Sequence record: MW879341.1
Reading direction: 5' to 3' (one strand)
Length of the DNA: 64,000 bases
Below the pieces are notes generated by a model. It was not told the origin of the DNA, did not search any database, and saw nothing but the letters and a program-made list of their open reading frames with translations. Each line of letters begins with the position of its first letter. Within the stretch, counting starts at the first letter, position 1. A program made the position numbers and the translations under genes. Positions 28,092-35,992 of the stretch are shown in pieces.

Positions 28092-30371
28092 ATGGGTAAG
28101 CTTCTTGATACCAAAACCCGCAGCTCCCTGAGTGACGCGGTAAGCGAAGTTAATAGCCACCTGAAAGCTCAGGGTGTTGGCGTATTCTCTGCTGGCCTGG
28201 CTGGCAAAGTTGCATCTATGGAATCCCTGGGTGACGCAGATCTGAACGAACTGCGCGACATTGCCAAAGGTGCGACCGTATCTGTAGAAAGCATGCTGGG
28301 TCACATGGGTCTGACCGCTAAAGGTACCGGCCACGAATATCTTGCTGAGCGCCGCGACCAGGCTTCTCGTGAAGCTGCATCCATCGTGATGATGGCTCAG
28401 GGTGACCCGGTTGGTTATCAGCAGAAAGCTCTGTCTGTCGGCGTTGAAGATTTCAAAGACGCTTCTCAGGGCCGTAAAGTTGCAGTACTGGGCGAAGGCG
28501 CATACGGCAACATGCAGTATGGCGAATCTGCTAAGTTCGGTCTGGAGTCTTACGACGAAAACGAACTGCGTAAGCACATCGCATTCTCTACCGTATTTGC
28601 TGCGGCAACTGCGCGTCAGGCTGACTTCGCTGAAGCCTTCCTGCCAACCTACGTGGTTTCACCAGAGCAGATCGGTACCGACGTTCGCGTCCGCCGTAAC
28701 ATGGTTCTGAACCGTAAACTGCACCCGATCACCGGCAAGCCGATGGATCTGGAAAAGATCAACCTGCTGGAAGCCTTCCGTAACCACGAGATTCTGTCAA
28801 ACGAATCTACTCTGCTGGTTCCGGTATACCGCGATGAGTCTAAAGACAACTTCGTCGATACCGCGAAAGTGAAAGTGACCACCAAACAGGTTGACGGCGT
28901 TGACGTTGAAACCGCACCACTGGTCTTCGGTAAAACCATCGACCTGCTGGGCGTGTCTCAGAACGACCAGCTTCTGAAAGCCGGTATCGTTGACAACACC
29001 GATGCAATCGACGCCTACACTCGTCTGGATAACATCTTCCTGGCAGTTGGCGATTCAATCGTTTCCTTCAACGTGCGTCGCTCTCCGCGTGCCGGTGCTG
29101 TGAAATCGGTAGAAGGCGATAGCCGTGAGATGAACTTCCAGTTCACCACTCAGGACCTGCTGCTGACTGCTGAAACTAAAGACGTTGACGGTGCCGCTGT
29201 TGCTGGCCTGGCAGCTCTGGGTAAACTGCGTCTGCGCGTGCAGCTGGACATCACCGGCCGCATGAACGTCGAATACGGTAATATCAACCTGAATCCTTCC
29301 AGCCTGGAAGTGGTTGCCGTGTTCAACGAACAGAACGAAGCTATCTCTCTGAACGATGCTTCAGCTAAAGCCATCATCGATGCGCTGAAACTGTCTGCAT
29401 TCGGTTACGAGCTGTTCGCTCGTCGTAACAACGCCAACCGTCGTAACCAAGGTCTGCTGGTTGACGTTACTGAGTTCGCAGAGCGTTACACTGTTCCGAT
29501 CAGTTCTCCACTGAGCACCGTTGCTCCGCTGGCTACTGACAAGTCTGCTAAAGATCTGCAAGCGCTGATCAACGCAGCCAACATCCGTACCAACAACAAC
29601 GCAGTGACCCTGATCCTGAACTATGCAGATGACCTGCAACGCGCTACCCAGACCAGCTTCTTCAAGTCTTCACTGACTTCAGTTCCTGGTATCGGTCGCC
29701 TGCTGGTAGAACCGACCTTCAAATACCTGAAGATCGATCTGGCGAAAGAAGTGAACTCCGTACAGTCTGCACAACGTGCTGCTGACATCCAGGGTGCACT
29801 GGTAACTCCAATCCGCAACATGGCTTACGAGCTGGTGCGTGATTCAAACTACCAGGCTGCGCTGGACGCGGATTCCGAAGGTCGCTCTGAGCGTCCACAC
29901 CTGGTTGTAGGTACCGACATCGTAACCCAGCAGTTCCTGATGGTTACCGGTGACGACCGCACCCTGTCCATCGGCATGGATCACACCATCGTTGCGTCTC
30001 CGGACAAACGTATGGTTGGCAAGATCGTGCTGGCGTTCGTGCGTAAAGGTACCACTGAGCCAGATGCTCTGAGCTTCGGTGCTCACATCTACATCCCAGA
30101 GCTGAGCTCTGTTGTTCCAGTAAACCGTTTCGGCGAGACTTCTCGTGAAACCATGATCCAGATGCGTAACCTGCAAATCACCAACCTGCCGGTAATGGGT
30201 CTGATCGAAGTGGTTAACCTGGATGTTGCAACTGCGACCCGCACTGAGCTGGACGTTAACTCTAAGCCTGTTAAATCCGACGCCGGCAACGGTGGCGATA
30301 ACGGTGGTGACAACGGCGGCGATAATGGCGGCGACAACGGTGGCAGCAACGGCGGTACCGACGGTAAGTGA
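28092..30371 (+). CDS. Major capsid protein (phiKZ gp120/SPN3US gp75 type)
   Basis: About 759 aa with the strongest codon bias in the window. N-terminal propeptide with SME/SVE/GVE/GLESY sites, FAEAFLPT, FGAHIYIPEL. ATG 28092 follows AAGGA. Confidence 0.9.
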   Translation: MGKLLDTKTRSSLSDAVSEVNSHLKAQGVGVFSAGLAGKVASMESLGDADLNELRDIAKGATVSVESMLGHMGLTAKGTGHEYLAERRDQASREAASIVMMAQGDPVGYQQKALSVGVEDFKDASQGRKVAVLGEGAYGNMQYGESAKFGLESYDENELRKHIAFSTVFAAATARQADFAEAFLPTYVVSPEQIGTDVRVRRNMVLNRKLHPITGKPMDLEKINLLEAFRNHEILSNESTLLVPVYRDESKDNFVDTAKVKVTTKQVDGVDVETAPLVFGKTIDLLGVSQNDQLLKAGIVDNTDAIDAYTRLDNIFLAVGDSIVSFNVRRSPRAGAVKSVEGDSREMNFQFTTQDLLLTAETKDVDGAAVAGLAALGKLRLRVQLDITGRMNVEYGNINLNPSSLEVVAVFNEQNEAISLNDASAKAIIDALKLSAFGYELFARRNNANRRNQGLLVDVTEFAERYTVPISSPLSTVAPLATDKSAKDLQALINAANIRTNNNAVTLILNYADDLQRATQTSFFKSSLTSVPGIGRLLVEPTFKYLKIDLAKEVNSVQSAQRAADIQGALVTPIRNMAYELVRDSNYQAALDADSEGRSERPHLVVGTDIVTQQFLMVTGDDRTLSIGMDHTIVASPDKRMVGKIVLAFVRKGTTEPDALSFGAHIYIPELSSVVPVNRFGETSRETMIQMRNLQITNLPVMGLIEVVNLDVATATRTELDVNSKPVKSDAGNGGDNGGDNGGDNGGDNGGSNGGTDGK
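30288..30359 (+). repeat. Six 12-bp units encoding (NGGD/S/T) at the MCP C-terminus
   Basis: AACGGTGGCGAT AACGGTGGTGAC AACGGCGGCGAT AATGGCGGCGAC AACGGTGGCAGC AACGGCGGTACC. Confidence 0.9.
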
Positions 30372-30380
30372 CTGAAGGAT

Positions 30381-30487
30381 GAACTCCTGGTTACGACGCT
30401 CATTGGCTTCACACCAGAGCAAGTTCGCTAGGTAGTTGAGTTCGCTCAACCGCTTGGCGTGACTTAGTAACCTAGGGACACCAAGCG
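30381..30487 (+). ncRNA. Candidate structured RNA element in the MCP 3' region
   Basis: Three predicted stem-loops (GAAC..CTGGT/ACCAG..GTTC; GTTGAG-TTCG-CTCAAC; CGCTTGG..CTTAG-TAAC-CTAGG..CCAAGCG) upstream of the terminator; pairing was found by eye. Confidence 0.4.
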
Positions 30488-30516
30488 ATCCTTGGTCAAG
30501 ACTGTACCGTGAAGTA

Positions 30517-30559
30517 GGCCACACTCCTTCGGGGGTGTGGCCAACCTTCTTTTTATGCC
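30517..30559 (+). terminator. MCP terminator GGCCACACTCC-TTCG-GGGGTGTGGCC ... TTTTTATGCC
   Basis: 11-bp stem with UUCG loop and T-tract. Confidence 0.85.
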
Positions 30560-30574
30560 CTCTTTTCAAATACG

Positions 30575-30593
30575 TTTCAAATATATATTATCT
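30575..30593 (+). promoter_or_regulatory. Putative early promoter TTTCAAATATATATTATCT
   Basis: Second copy of the 16478 motif; upstream of the gene pair that includes the nvRNAP subunit. Confidence 0.55.
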
Positions 30594-30661
30594 AAATGTA
30601 TACGGGTCAAATTAATCTAGGAGTGGACACCGAGATTATAATAAACCATTCATCCTAAGTA

Positions 30662-31759
30662 GTGAAAAGGTTAGCTATGGATCGTCAGCCATTCGTTAGG
30701 CCAGTGAGGCATCGTCCGATTGCCGATAGGCGTTGGAATGGATTGCGCGGACGTTATAACAATTCATCTCTTCGGACAGAGATCTACATGTTCAATCATA
30801 CCAACAGTACACTTACGTATCACGATAGGTCCTGTGGGTTGTTGACTGTAAAACCTCTGGGTAGTACCGAGGATGGATTCTCAGGTTTGATTATTCAGAT
30901 CTGTGTAGACGTCCCAATAGGTGAAAGGCCGACTCCTGACAACAAGTGGGATAATCAGCTTCTGGATTTTATTATTGAGAATGGCAGCTACGAGTCAAGA
31001 CCTAGTTTTACTCGTTATCGTTACGGCGCTGAAATTGATAGCAGTGACATTGTTCCAAATAAGATTCTAGAAGATCGTCGGTTGGGGATTAAGTTTTCTT
31101 TGGGTGAGGCAGATTGGCATCTGTTGGGTAACGTTAAACCGGAGGGACATTCGAAGAACTTTAGGGGGCACACGCTATCCATTGAGTTGGTAGATGACCA
31201 TAGGGAGAATATCTATCTTTGTGGGTTCAGTCGAGTGAAACCGATTAGGGCTGTGACTACAGCTGTATCAGGTAAGCAGGCTGGGGTGTATGTATCTACT
31301 ATTAATGAACATGGACAGCATGAAGTAATTTATTACACGAGTTGTGAATCATGTAGGAGTGAGCTTGACGTTCCACTATTTGATAAATTCCACGAAGCCG
31401 AGGCATTTATCGAAAGAGGCTCTATGCCGTCAGCCAAAAGAGCACCTGGCGGTACGTCTGGACCATCCCTAAGTGAGAGATTGCGTGAGCGTATGGATAC
31501 ACCGGCTAGATCGGCTACCGATGCTCGCCCCTCCGCAAAAACCAATCCTGGTGACCCTAATAGACCAAGACAATCAGGTACGAAGAGTAACAATGAGGAA
31601 GAAGGATTCTTCTCTGTTCTAAAGGCAACCATTGCGCCGATAGCGGAGAAATATCCAATACTTGTTACTGTGACGTTGGCTACGATATTCCTAGCATGGA
31701 AAGTCGCACCACCGTTCTTCGAATGGTTGTCAAAGCGTGAAAGATCACCGGCTAGCTAA
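30662..31759 (+). CDS. Hypothetical protein with a C-terminal membrane anchor
   Basis: 365 aa maximum (start uncertain: 30677 or 30788). Disordered linker, then ILVTVTLATIFLAW. Confidence 0.65.
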   Translation: MKRLAMDRQPFVRPVRHRPIADRRWNGLRGRYNNSSLRTEIYMFNHTNSTLTYHDRSCGLLTVKPLGSTEDGFSGLIIQICVDVPIGERPTPDNKWDNQLLDFIIENGSYESRPSFTRYRYGAEIDSSDIVPNKILEDRRLGIKFSLGEADWHLLGNVKPEGHSKNFRGHTLSIELVDDHRENIYLCGFSRVKPIRAVTTAVSGKQAGVYVSTINEHGQHEVIYYTSCESCRSELDVPLFDKFHEAEAFIERGSMPSAKRAPGGTSGPSLSERLRERMDTPARSATDARPSAKTNPGDPNRPRQSGTKSNNEEEGFFSVLKATIAPIAEKYPILVTVTLATIFLAWKVAPPFFEWLSKRERSPAS

Positions 31760-31772
31760 GAGTGAGGGAGTA

Positions 31773-33380
31773 GTGGATAATTTCCTATTTGGTAAGATTT
31801 ACGAGAACGTACCTAAGTTCAATCAGACTGTTGCTGAGGGCATCGCAGTCCGTGAGGTCGAAGGTGTAGAGCGTTACGTAGACCACCTATTTAAGTGCGC
31901 TGAGGAGAGTTTCCCACCTGGCTTAACATACGAAGGCAGTCGCCGCTGTACGCCGCGTACTGAATATATGGCAGTCACAAAGAAACGCAATAACGTGCAA
32001 GCCTTTGAGCTTGCACGGAGTGATGTGTATATGATGGAGTGTGCATTCTCACTCCACGGCCGACCGTTAGATTCGCAGAAACTGTTCCTACCGTTCGTAG
32101 GGGAAGCGGGTGAGATCTTTATCCGTGGTTCTAGTTTCTTCGTTTATCCGGTGCTGGCAGACCGCACTATCTCCGTAGGTGTGAATGATCTGTTCTTGCC
32201 GTTCAACCGTGACAAGCTCACATTCGAACGCCTCTCAGCTCACTTCAAAATCGATGGTCGTACTGAATCAGCATACGTCTATTGGTCTGACATTCACCAC
32301 GCTTTAAAGAAGAGTGCTCCGGCAGAAGGGTCAGTAGTCCCTAATGACATGCGCACCCCACTGTTTGTATACCTGTTCTGTAAGTACGGTGTACGCGGTA
32401 CCTTTGAACGCATTGGTGTAACGAATGTCAGTATCGGTACAATCGACGACCTGAAAGATCACCGTAAAGGTTATCGTCTCTGCCATAGTACGGGTTATAA
32501 ACCGTCCGCACTGAAGACGAACTATTACGTCCCTACCGATATCGCCTTCTTGTTAAATGAAGCCGACATGACTCCAATCACAGCTTCACTGATTGCGTCA
32601 TTCTTCTACTTCGCCGACTATTTCCCACAGCGCATTACGCTGGAAGAGATTGACGATCCGAGACTTTGGAAGATTCTAATGGGTCAGGTTATCTTTAAGA
32701 ACAAAAATAACCTGGGTAATCTGTTAGTAGGTATTGAAGCTCACTTGAAATCGTTCGAAGGTTATATGGACACGATGATTCGTGAACAGTTAGCTGAAGA
32801 CGGTATCGTGGTGACTGACATTTATGACCTGCTGATTTATATCATCCGTAACTTCTCATTCCTCATCGTCAGCTCTGATATCAGCTCGATGTATGGGAAA
32901 CGTTTAACCGTGTTGCGCTACCTGTTGTTTGATATCACCAAAGAGATCTCCAAACTGATCTTTAAGCTTCAGTCATTACCGCCGAACAAGATTACCCCGA
33001 ATGACATCAACTCCATCTTCACGCGCTGGTTGAAACCAGATCGTATCCTGGAAATCTCCAGTGCCAAGCATGGCGAAGTGGGTGGTGTGTCGTATCCTGG
33101 AGACAGTAAGATCTTCAAGATTACCGGGAACATTGTCTTGCAAGGCGATGCTACCGTAGGTTCGGGTAGTATGAAGTCGGCTAACCTGTCAGACCCAGCG
33201 AAGTTCTTACACTCGTCTCTTGTAGTTGCTGGTAGCCTGACTAACCAACCGAAGTCAGAACCTACTGGTCGTACGCGTGGTAACTCATTCATGCGTATTA
33301 CAGCAGACGGTACAATCGAACAAGATCCTGACCGCGCCGAGTTCTTGGAACCGATGCAGGCTATGATCTCACGTAAATAA
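31773..33380 (+). CDS. rpoB: Non-virion RNA polymerase beta subunit, N-terminal part (phiKZ gp123 type)
   Basis: About 535 aa, GTG start after GAGGGAG. LFLPFVGEAGEIFIRGS..PVL and GKRLTVLRYLL are RpoB N-terminal-like segments; located just after the MCP as in phiKZ/SPN3US. Confidence 0.75.
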   Translation: MDNFLFGKIYENVPKFNQTVAEGIAVREVEGVERYVDHLFKCAEESFPPGLTYEGSRRCTPRTEYMAVTKKRNNVQAFELARSDVYMMECAFSLHGRPLDSQKLFLPFVGEAGEIFIRGSSFFVYPVLADRTISVGVNDLFLPFNRDKLTFERLSAHFKIDGRTESAYVYWSDIHHALKKSAPAEGSVVPNDMRTPLFVYLFCKYGVRGTFERIGVTNVSIGTIDDLKDHRKGYRLCHSTGYKPSALKTNYYVPTDIAFLLNEADMTPITASLIASFFYFADYFPQRITLEEIDDPRLWKILMGQVIFKNKNNLGNLLVGIEAHLKSFEGYMDTMIREQLAEDGIVVTDIYDLLIYIIRNFSFLIVSSDISSMYGKRLTVLRYLLFDITKEISKLIFKLQSLPPNKITPNDINSIFTRWLKPDRILEISSAKHGEVGGVSYPGDSKIFKITGNIVLQGDATVGSGSMKSANLSDPAKFLHSSLVVAGSLTNQPKSEPTGRTRGNSFMRITADGTIEQDPDRAEFLEPMQAMISRK

Positions 33381-33391
33381 GGTAAAGTACC

Positions 33392-35842
33392 ATGTATCAG
33401 CATTATAACGCAAGTAACCAACCTAAGACACCGGTTCATCACAATACACCACCAAGTGATCAATCTGGTTCTGTAGGCTATGCACCATATCAGCGCCCAG
33501 CGCAACCAAGCGGCTATTCCACACCACCACAACAGGGAGGTTACGATCCACGCAGTGCGTATTCCGCACCTGCTGATGATGTGAATAGCGTACGTCAGAC
33601 GGTTATCCCGGCGTATAAGGATGTCATCCGTTTCGTTGTAGAGAACTTCAACGATCCTGGACAGAACGCTCGTGCAGGTGACGATATCGCCATGCACATG
33701 GAATCTGTAATGGAACCGTCCATTGAACACATGCTTCCACGTTGGGCAGAGTTCAAAGCGTTGGGTGGTGCAATCGGTGAGAACTTCAAGCAGTCTATGG
33801 GGTTCTCAATTGGGGCTAACGTAGCCTTGGCCTATATTGACGGGAATCTCGATTTCGGTAACTATATCCGCAATCGCTTCGCTGATGGTTATGGTCGTTT
33901 AGATCTGTTTGTACGTCCACTGGAAGATGTCCTGCGTCGTGCAGGTCGTCAACATGGCAATCTCAACGGCCCACAACAATCGAGTCCGTACGCTAGTCAG
34001 ACACATGGGTATAAAACCCCACAGTCTAGCCGTATGAATGTTGGTCAAGGTAAAGCTGATACGCCATTCATTGTCAGTGGTGACCAGAAGCCTACTGGGG
34101 GCAATTCAGCGCCAGCAGGTGGAGGTCACCGTAGTGGTATCTGTGCAGCGATGTTCAGTGCACCAGTGCAGAGTCAACCAACTCAGCCTACAGCACCTGA
34201 GCAGAATCACGCAGCTAAGACACCACACTATGCAGTCCCACCGAAAGAGCCTAAGGCGGCATACTTTGGTGGTGCTTCATCGCGGACCCTGAAACCACAG
34301 GAACCTACAGCTGAACCGGTACAGCCAACTATCGCTAGACCGCGTGCAGACTTTCACCATCAACCCGCTGTGTCTCACCAACCGGTGAAGCATGGCAACG
34401 ATCCTGCGTTCAATCTCGCGTTGGACATGATGCAGCGTACCGCTGGCGTAGTTAGTGCCGACGATGCAATGCAACATCAACCAATGTTAGATATCCCACC
34501 TTTGAGCGAAGAAGAGTTTATCGAGCATCACAATCAGGCCGCTGACACTGGTGCTCAACTCGGACTCTATAACGAACCAGACGATGGTATCGTAGAAGAC
34601 TTCAATGATTATACATTTGACCCACTGGATGCGAACAACACAGCAACTCAGATCTCCGAGTTCGTGTATCGTTTAGCACACGGTGGTAGTGTTGCCGGCT
34701 GGTCATTCTATGACCCTAAGACAAACACTAAAGCACGCTATCCAATCGAACGTCCGTTCCCGGTTGTGTATAACGCGCTTACCCATGTCAAGTTCGTTCT
34801 GGTTAATAAAGAAAACCGGATCATTGAAATCATCAAAGAGAAAGATACCGATATGGAAATGCAAGATCACATCGACGACGATCTGTCCGTAGCTACCAAA
34901 GGACATCGTGTGAACATTCTTGAGGTTCTCAACCAGACTGCTCAACGCATGAATGTGTCTGAGAATCGCAAGGAAGTTAAGGAGAACAAGGCTAAGGGAA
35001 TTGACGCCGTTGTTGCAACTGCCGATCGCAAGGCGTTCGATAACAAAGTCATTAGCACGACCAGCGATACAGTAAGGGAGATGTTAGTACGTCGTCTTGG
35101 CGATGTCCGCGAAGTCACCATCGAGGGCTATCACGAGCGTCGTCTGACTCCTCTGTATTTGGGCGAAGAGGGTGTTAAGAATCTGGAGAGCTTCCAGCAT
35201 ACCGTAGGCGCAGCCGCTACCTTCAAATCCTTTGCCGAGCTACTGCCTCGCGCAATGTCTGATTTGCCGGAGTCATTTGTCAGTGAATACACTGCACGCC
35301 TGACCGCACACTTCAATGATTTCCTCACCACGCGACTGGGTGTGGATTTCTGGATTGAGAACTTCTTTGAAGATTTCAATGACGCGTATACTGAAGCGTG
35401 TGACATGTTGGGCGAACGCATTGCTGCCGATAAGTTCCAGGCGGAGTATAAGCGCTTCTCGCGCTTTGCTAAAGTAATGCCACGTTCAGCAGACGGCTAT
35501 ACTGATGTTCTGGGTTCCTCACTGACCCAACCTGGATTCGTGGTATTTACCACTTCCATTAACACCTTAACTTTACCGTTCACTAGCGAGGAAGGTAAGG
35601 ATATCCTTCCAGAGGACGGTGCCAACTACCAAGGTGTGGAGTCCACCCATACCCCAGAGTTGTATAAGTTATTGGCCAACCTGCTGCGTTCTGGTCAGGA
35701 AACCTTCAATGGTGAAGCTAACGTGACTCGCGTTATCACCAAAGACGGTAAAGTGTATTATGTTCAGACTGGTGCTTTCTCGGTCGAACAGGATGCGTTT
35801 GTATTGGCACACAAGAGTTATCTGATTAACCACCTGTCTTAA
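33392..35842 (+). CDS. Conserved hypothetical protein with Pro/Gln-rich disordered regions
   Basis: 816 aa, AAGGT RBS, cotranscribed with the RNAP subunit. Confidence 0.75.
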   Translation: MYQHYNASNQPKTPVHHNTPPSDQSGSVGYAPYQRPAQPSGYSTPPQQGGYDPRSAYSAPADDVNSVRQTVIPAYKDVIRFVVENFNDPGQNARAGDDIAMHMESVMEPSIEHMLPRWAEFKALGGAIGENFKQSMGFSIGANVALAYIDGNLDFGNYIRNRFADGYGRLDLFVRPLEDVLRRAGRQHGNLNGPQQSSPYASQTHGYKTPQSSRMNVGQGKADTPFIVSGDQKPTGGNSAPAGGGHRSGICAAMFSAPVQSQPTQPTAPEQNHAAKTPHYAVPPKEPKAAYFGGASSRTLKPQEPTAEPVQPTIARPRADFHHQPAVSHQPVKHGNDPAFNLALDMMQRTAGVVSADDAMQHQPMLDIPPLSEEEFIEHHNQAADTGAQLGLYNEPDDGIVEDFNDYTFDPLDANNTATQISEFVYRLAHGGSVAGWSFYDPKTNTKARYPIERPFPVVYNALTHVKFVLVNKENRIIEIIKEKDTDMEMQDHIDDDLSVATKGHRVNILEVLNQTAQRMNVSENRKEVKENKAKGIDAVVATADRKAFDNKVISTTSDTVREMLVRRLGDVREVTIEGYHERRLTPLYLGEEGVKNLESFQHTVGAAATFKSFAELLPRAMSDLPESFVSEYTARLTAHFNDFLTTRLGVDFWIENFFEDFNDAYTEACDMLGERIAADKFQAEYKRFSRFAKVMPRSADGYTDVLGSSLTQPGFVVFTTSINTLTLPFTSEEGKDILPEDGANYQGVESTHTPELYKLLANLLRSGQETFNGEANVTRVITKDGKVYYVQTGAFSVEQDAFVLAHKSYLINHLS

Positions 35843-35914
35843 CAAGAAGGTGACTCGTAGGTCCTTAACACGGCTACGGGTATCGTTAGTGTTTACTGCA
35901 ACGTAAACAATCAG

Positions 35915-35973
35915 GCGGCATAGAAGCAAGACACTCCTCTCACCTTAACACGGTGGAGGAGTGTCTATGCCGC
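35915..35973. terminator. Bidirectional terminator between convergent genes
   Basis: GCGGCATAG..AGACACTCCTC-TCACC-TTAACAC-GGTG-GAGGAGTGTCT-ATGCCGC; TATGCCGC on both strands. Confidence 0.75.
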
Positions 35974-35992
35974 AACTCTTTTTTTTTGCCTG

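Noticed and set aside
30369-30430. Selenocysteine (UGA+SECIS) or hammerhead (CUGANGA) interpretation of the post-MCP sequence
   Set aside because: The hairpin does not resemble the fdhF-type SECIS. CTGAAGGA deviates from CUGANGA, and no matching GAAA core was found.
29844-30569. 241-aa minus-strand ORF over the MCP end
   Set aside because: It is a mirror of MCP codons and the Gly repeat, and it starts inside the terminator.
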